Virus record (IMG/VR): IMGVR_UViG_2778261244_000001
Length of the DNA: 5,396 nt
Reading direction: 5' to 3' (one strand)
Origin: a virus
Lineage: Duplodnaviria > Heunggongvirae > Uroviricota > Caudoviricetes
Position 1 is the stretch's first letter, and each line of letters begins with the position of its first letter. A program made the position numbers and the translations under genes. This document shows positions 5,280 through 5,396 of this stretch, one piece after another. The notes beneath the pieces are model-generated. The model did not search any database. It saw only the letters and a list, made by a program, of their open reading frames with translations, and was not told where the DNA came from.

Positions 5280-5396
5280 CTACCCACGTAATATGGACAC
5301 AGGCCTAAGCGAGGTTCTGGTTTTCAAATTGTTCCGGACTGAGGCCGCCACACCAACTGTGCCGCCGCCACCGATTGTAATCACATTCGATATAAT
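5280..5396 (-). CDS. Possible 3' end of a minus-strand gene entering from the right edge (C-terminal 38 codons, glycine-rich: ...NVITIGGGGTVGVAASVRNNLKTRTSLRPVSILRG)
   Basis: Open frame from the window edge to TAG at 5280-5282; higher GC than the neighbouring DNA. Too short to identify; could be chance. Confidence 0.2.
   Translation of the reverse strand: MISNVITIGGGGTVGVAASVRNNLKTRTSLRPVSILRG

Larger units (their letters stand above)
3876..5282 (+). mobile_element. Insertion sequence around the transposase gene; terminal inverted repeats NOT identified, boundaries are guesses
   Basis: Presence follows from the intact transposase and its structured leader. The left coordinate is set at the first AATGTCCCC direct repeat, the right at the stop of the convergent partial ORF. 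No convincing inverted repeat pair or target-site duplication found by eye; the element may extend beyond these points or the window. Confidence 0.3.

Noticed and set aside
3862-5308. Track ORFs 3862..4089(-), 4357..4632(-), 4724..5308(+), 4864..5091(-)
   Set aside because: Embedded in or antisense to the transposase gene in alternative frames; no independent support.
1-5396. Searched for tRNA-like T-loops (GGTTCGANTCC variants), CRISPR-like regularly spaced repeats, and rho-independent terminators
   Set aside because: No tRNA signature and no repeat-spacer array found. The hairpins present (2322-2344, 2507-2522, 3227-3242, 3830-3845) lack an adjacent T-tract on the relevant strand, so none was called as a terminator.

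Overview
This 5.4-kb window looks like horizontally acquired accessory DNA, possibly a decaying prophage or plasmid-derived islet, with an insertion sequence at its right side; all calls are from reading the sequence, with no database search. Minus strand (27-1854): a 452-aa acidic protein of unrecognised family, preceded by two small translationally coupled genes, one with a signal-peptide-like N-terminus. Plus strand (1938-3599): a DNA-methyltransferase-like fragment, several small ORFs broken by in-frame TAA/TAG stops (probable pseudogenes), and an AT-rich gene for a 59-aa two-helix membrane protein. Right side (3934-5247): an intact DDE transposase, ISNCY (IS1202-group) / IS481-like, whose ribosome-binding site sits in a hairpin; the IS ends were not found. 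The most promising candidate for an undescribed system is the minus-strand three-gene operon. No tRNA, rRNA or CRISPR array was seen.
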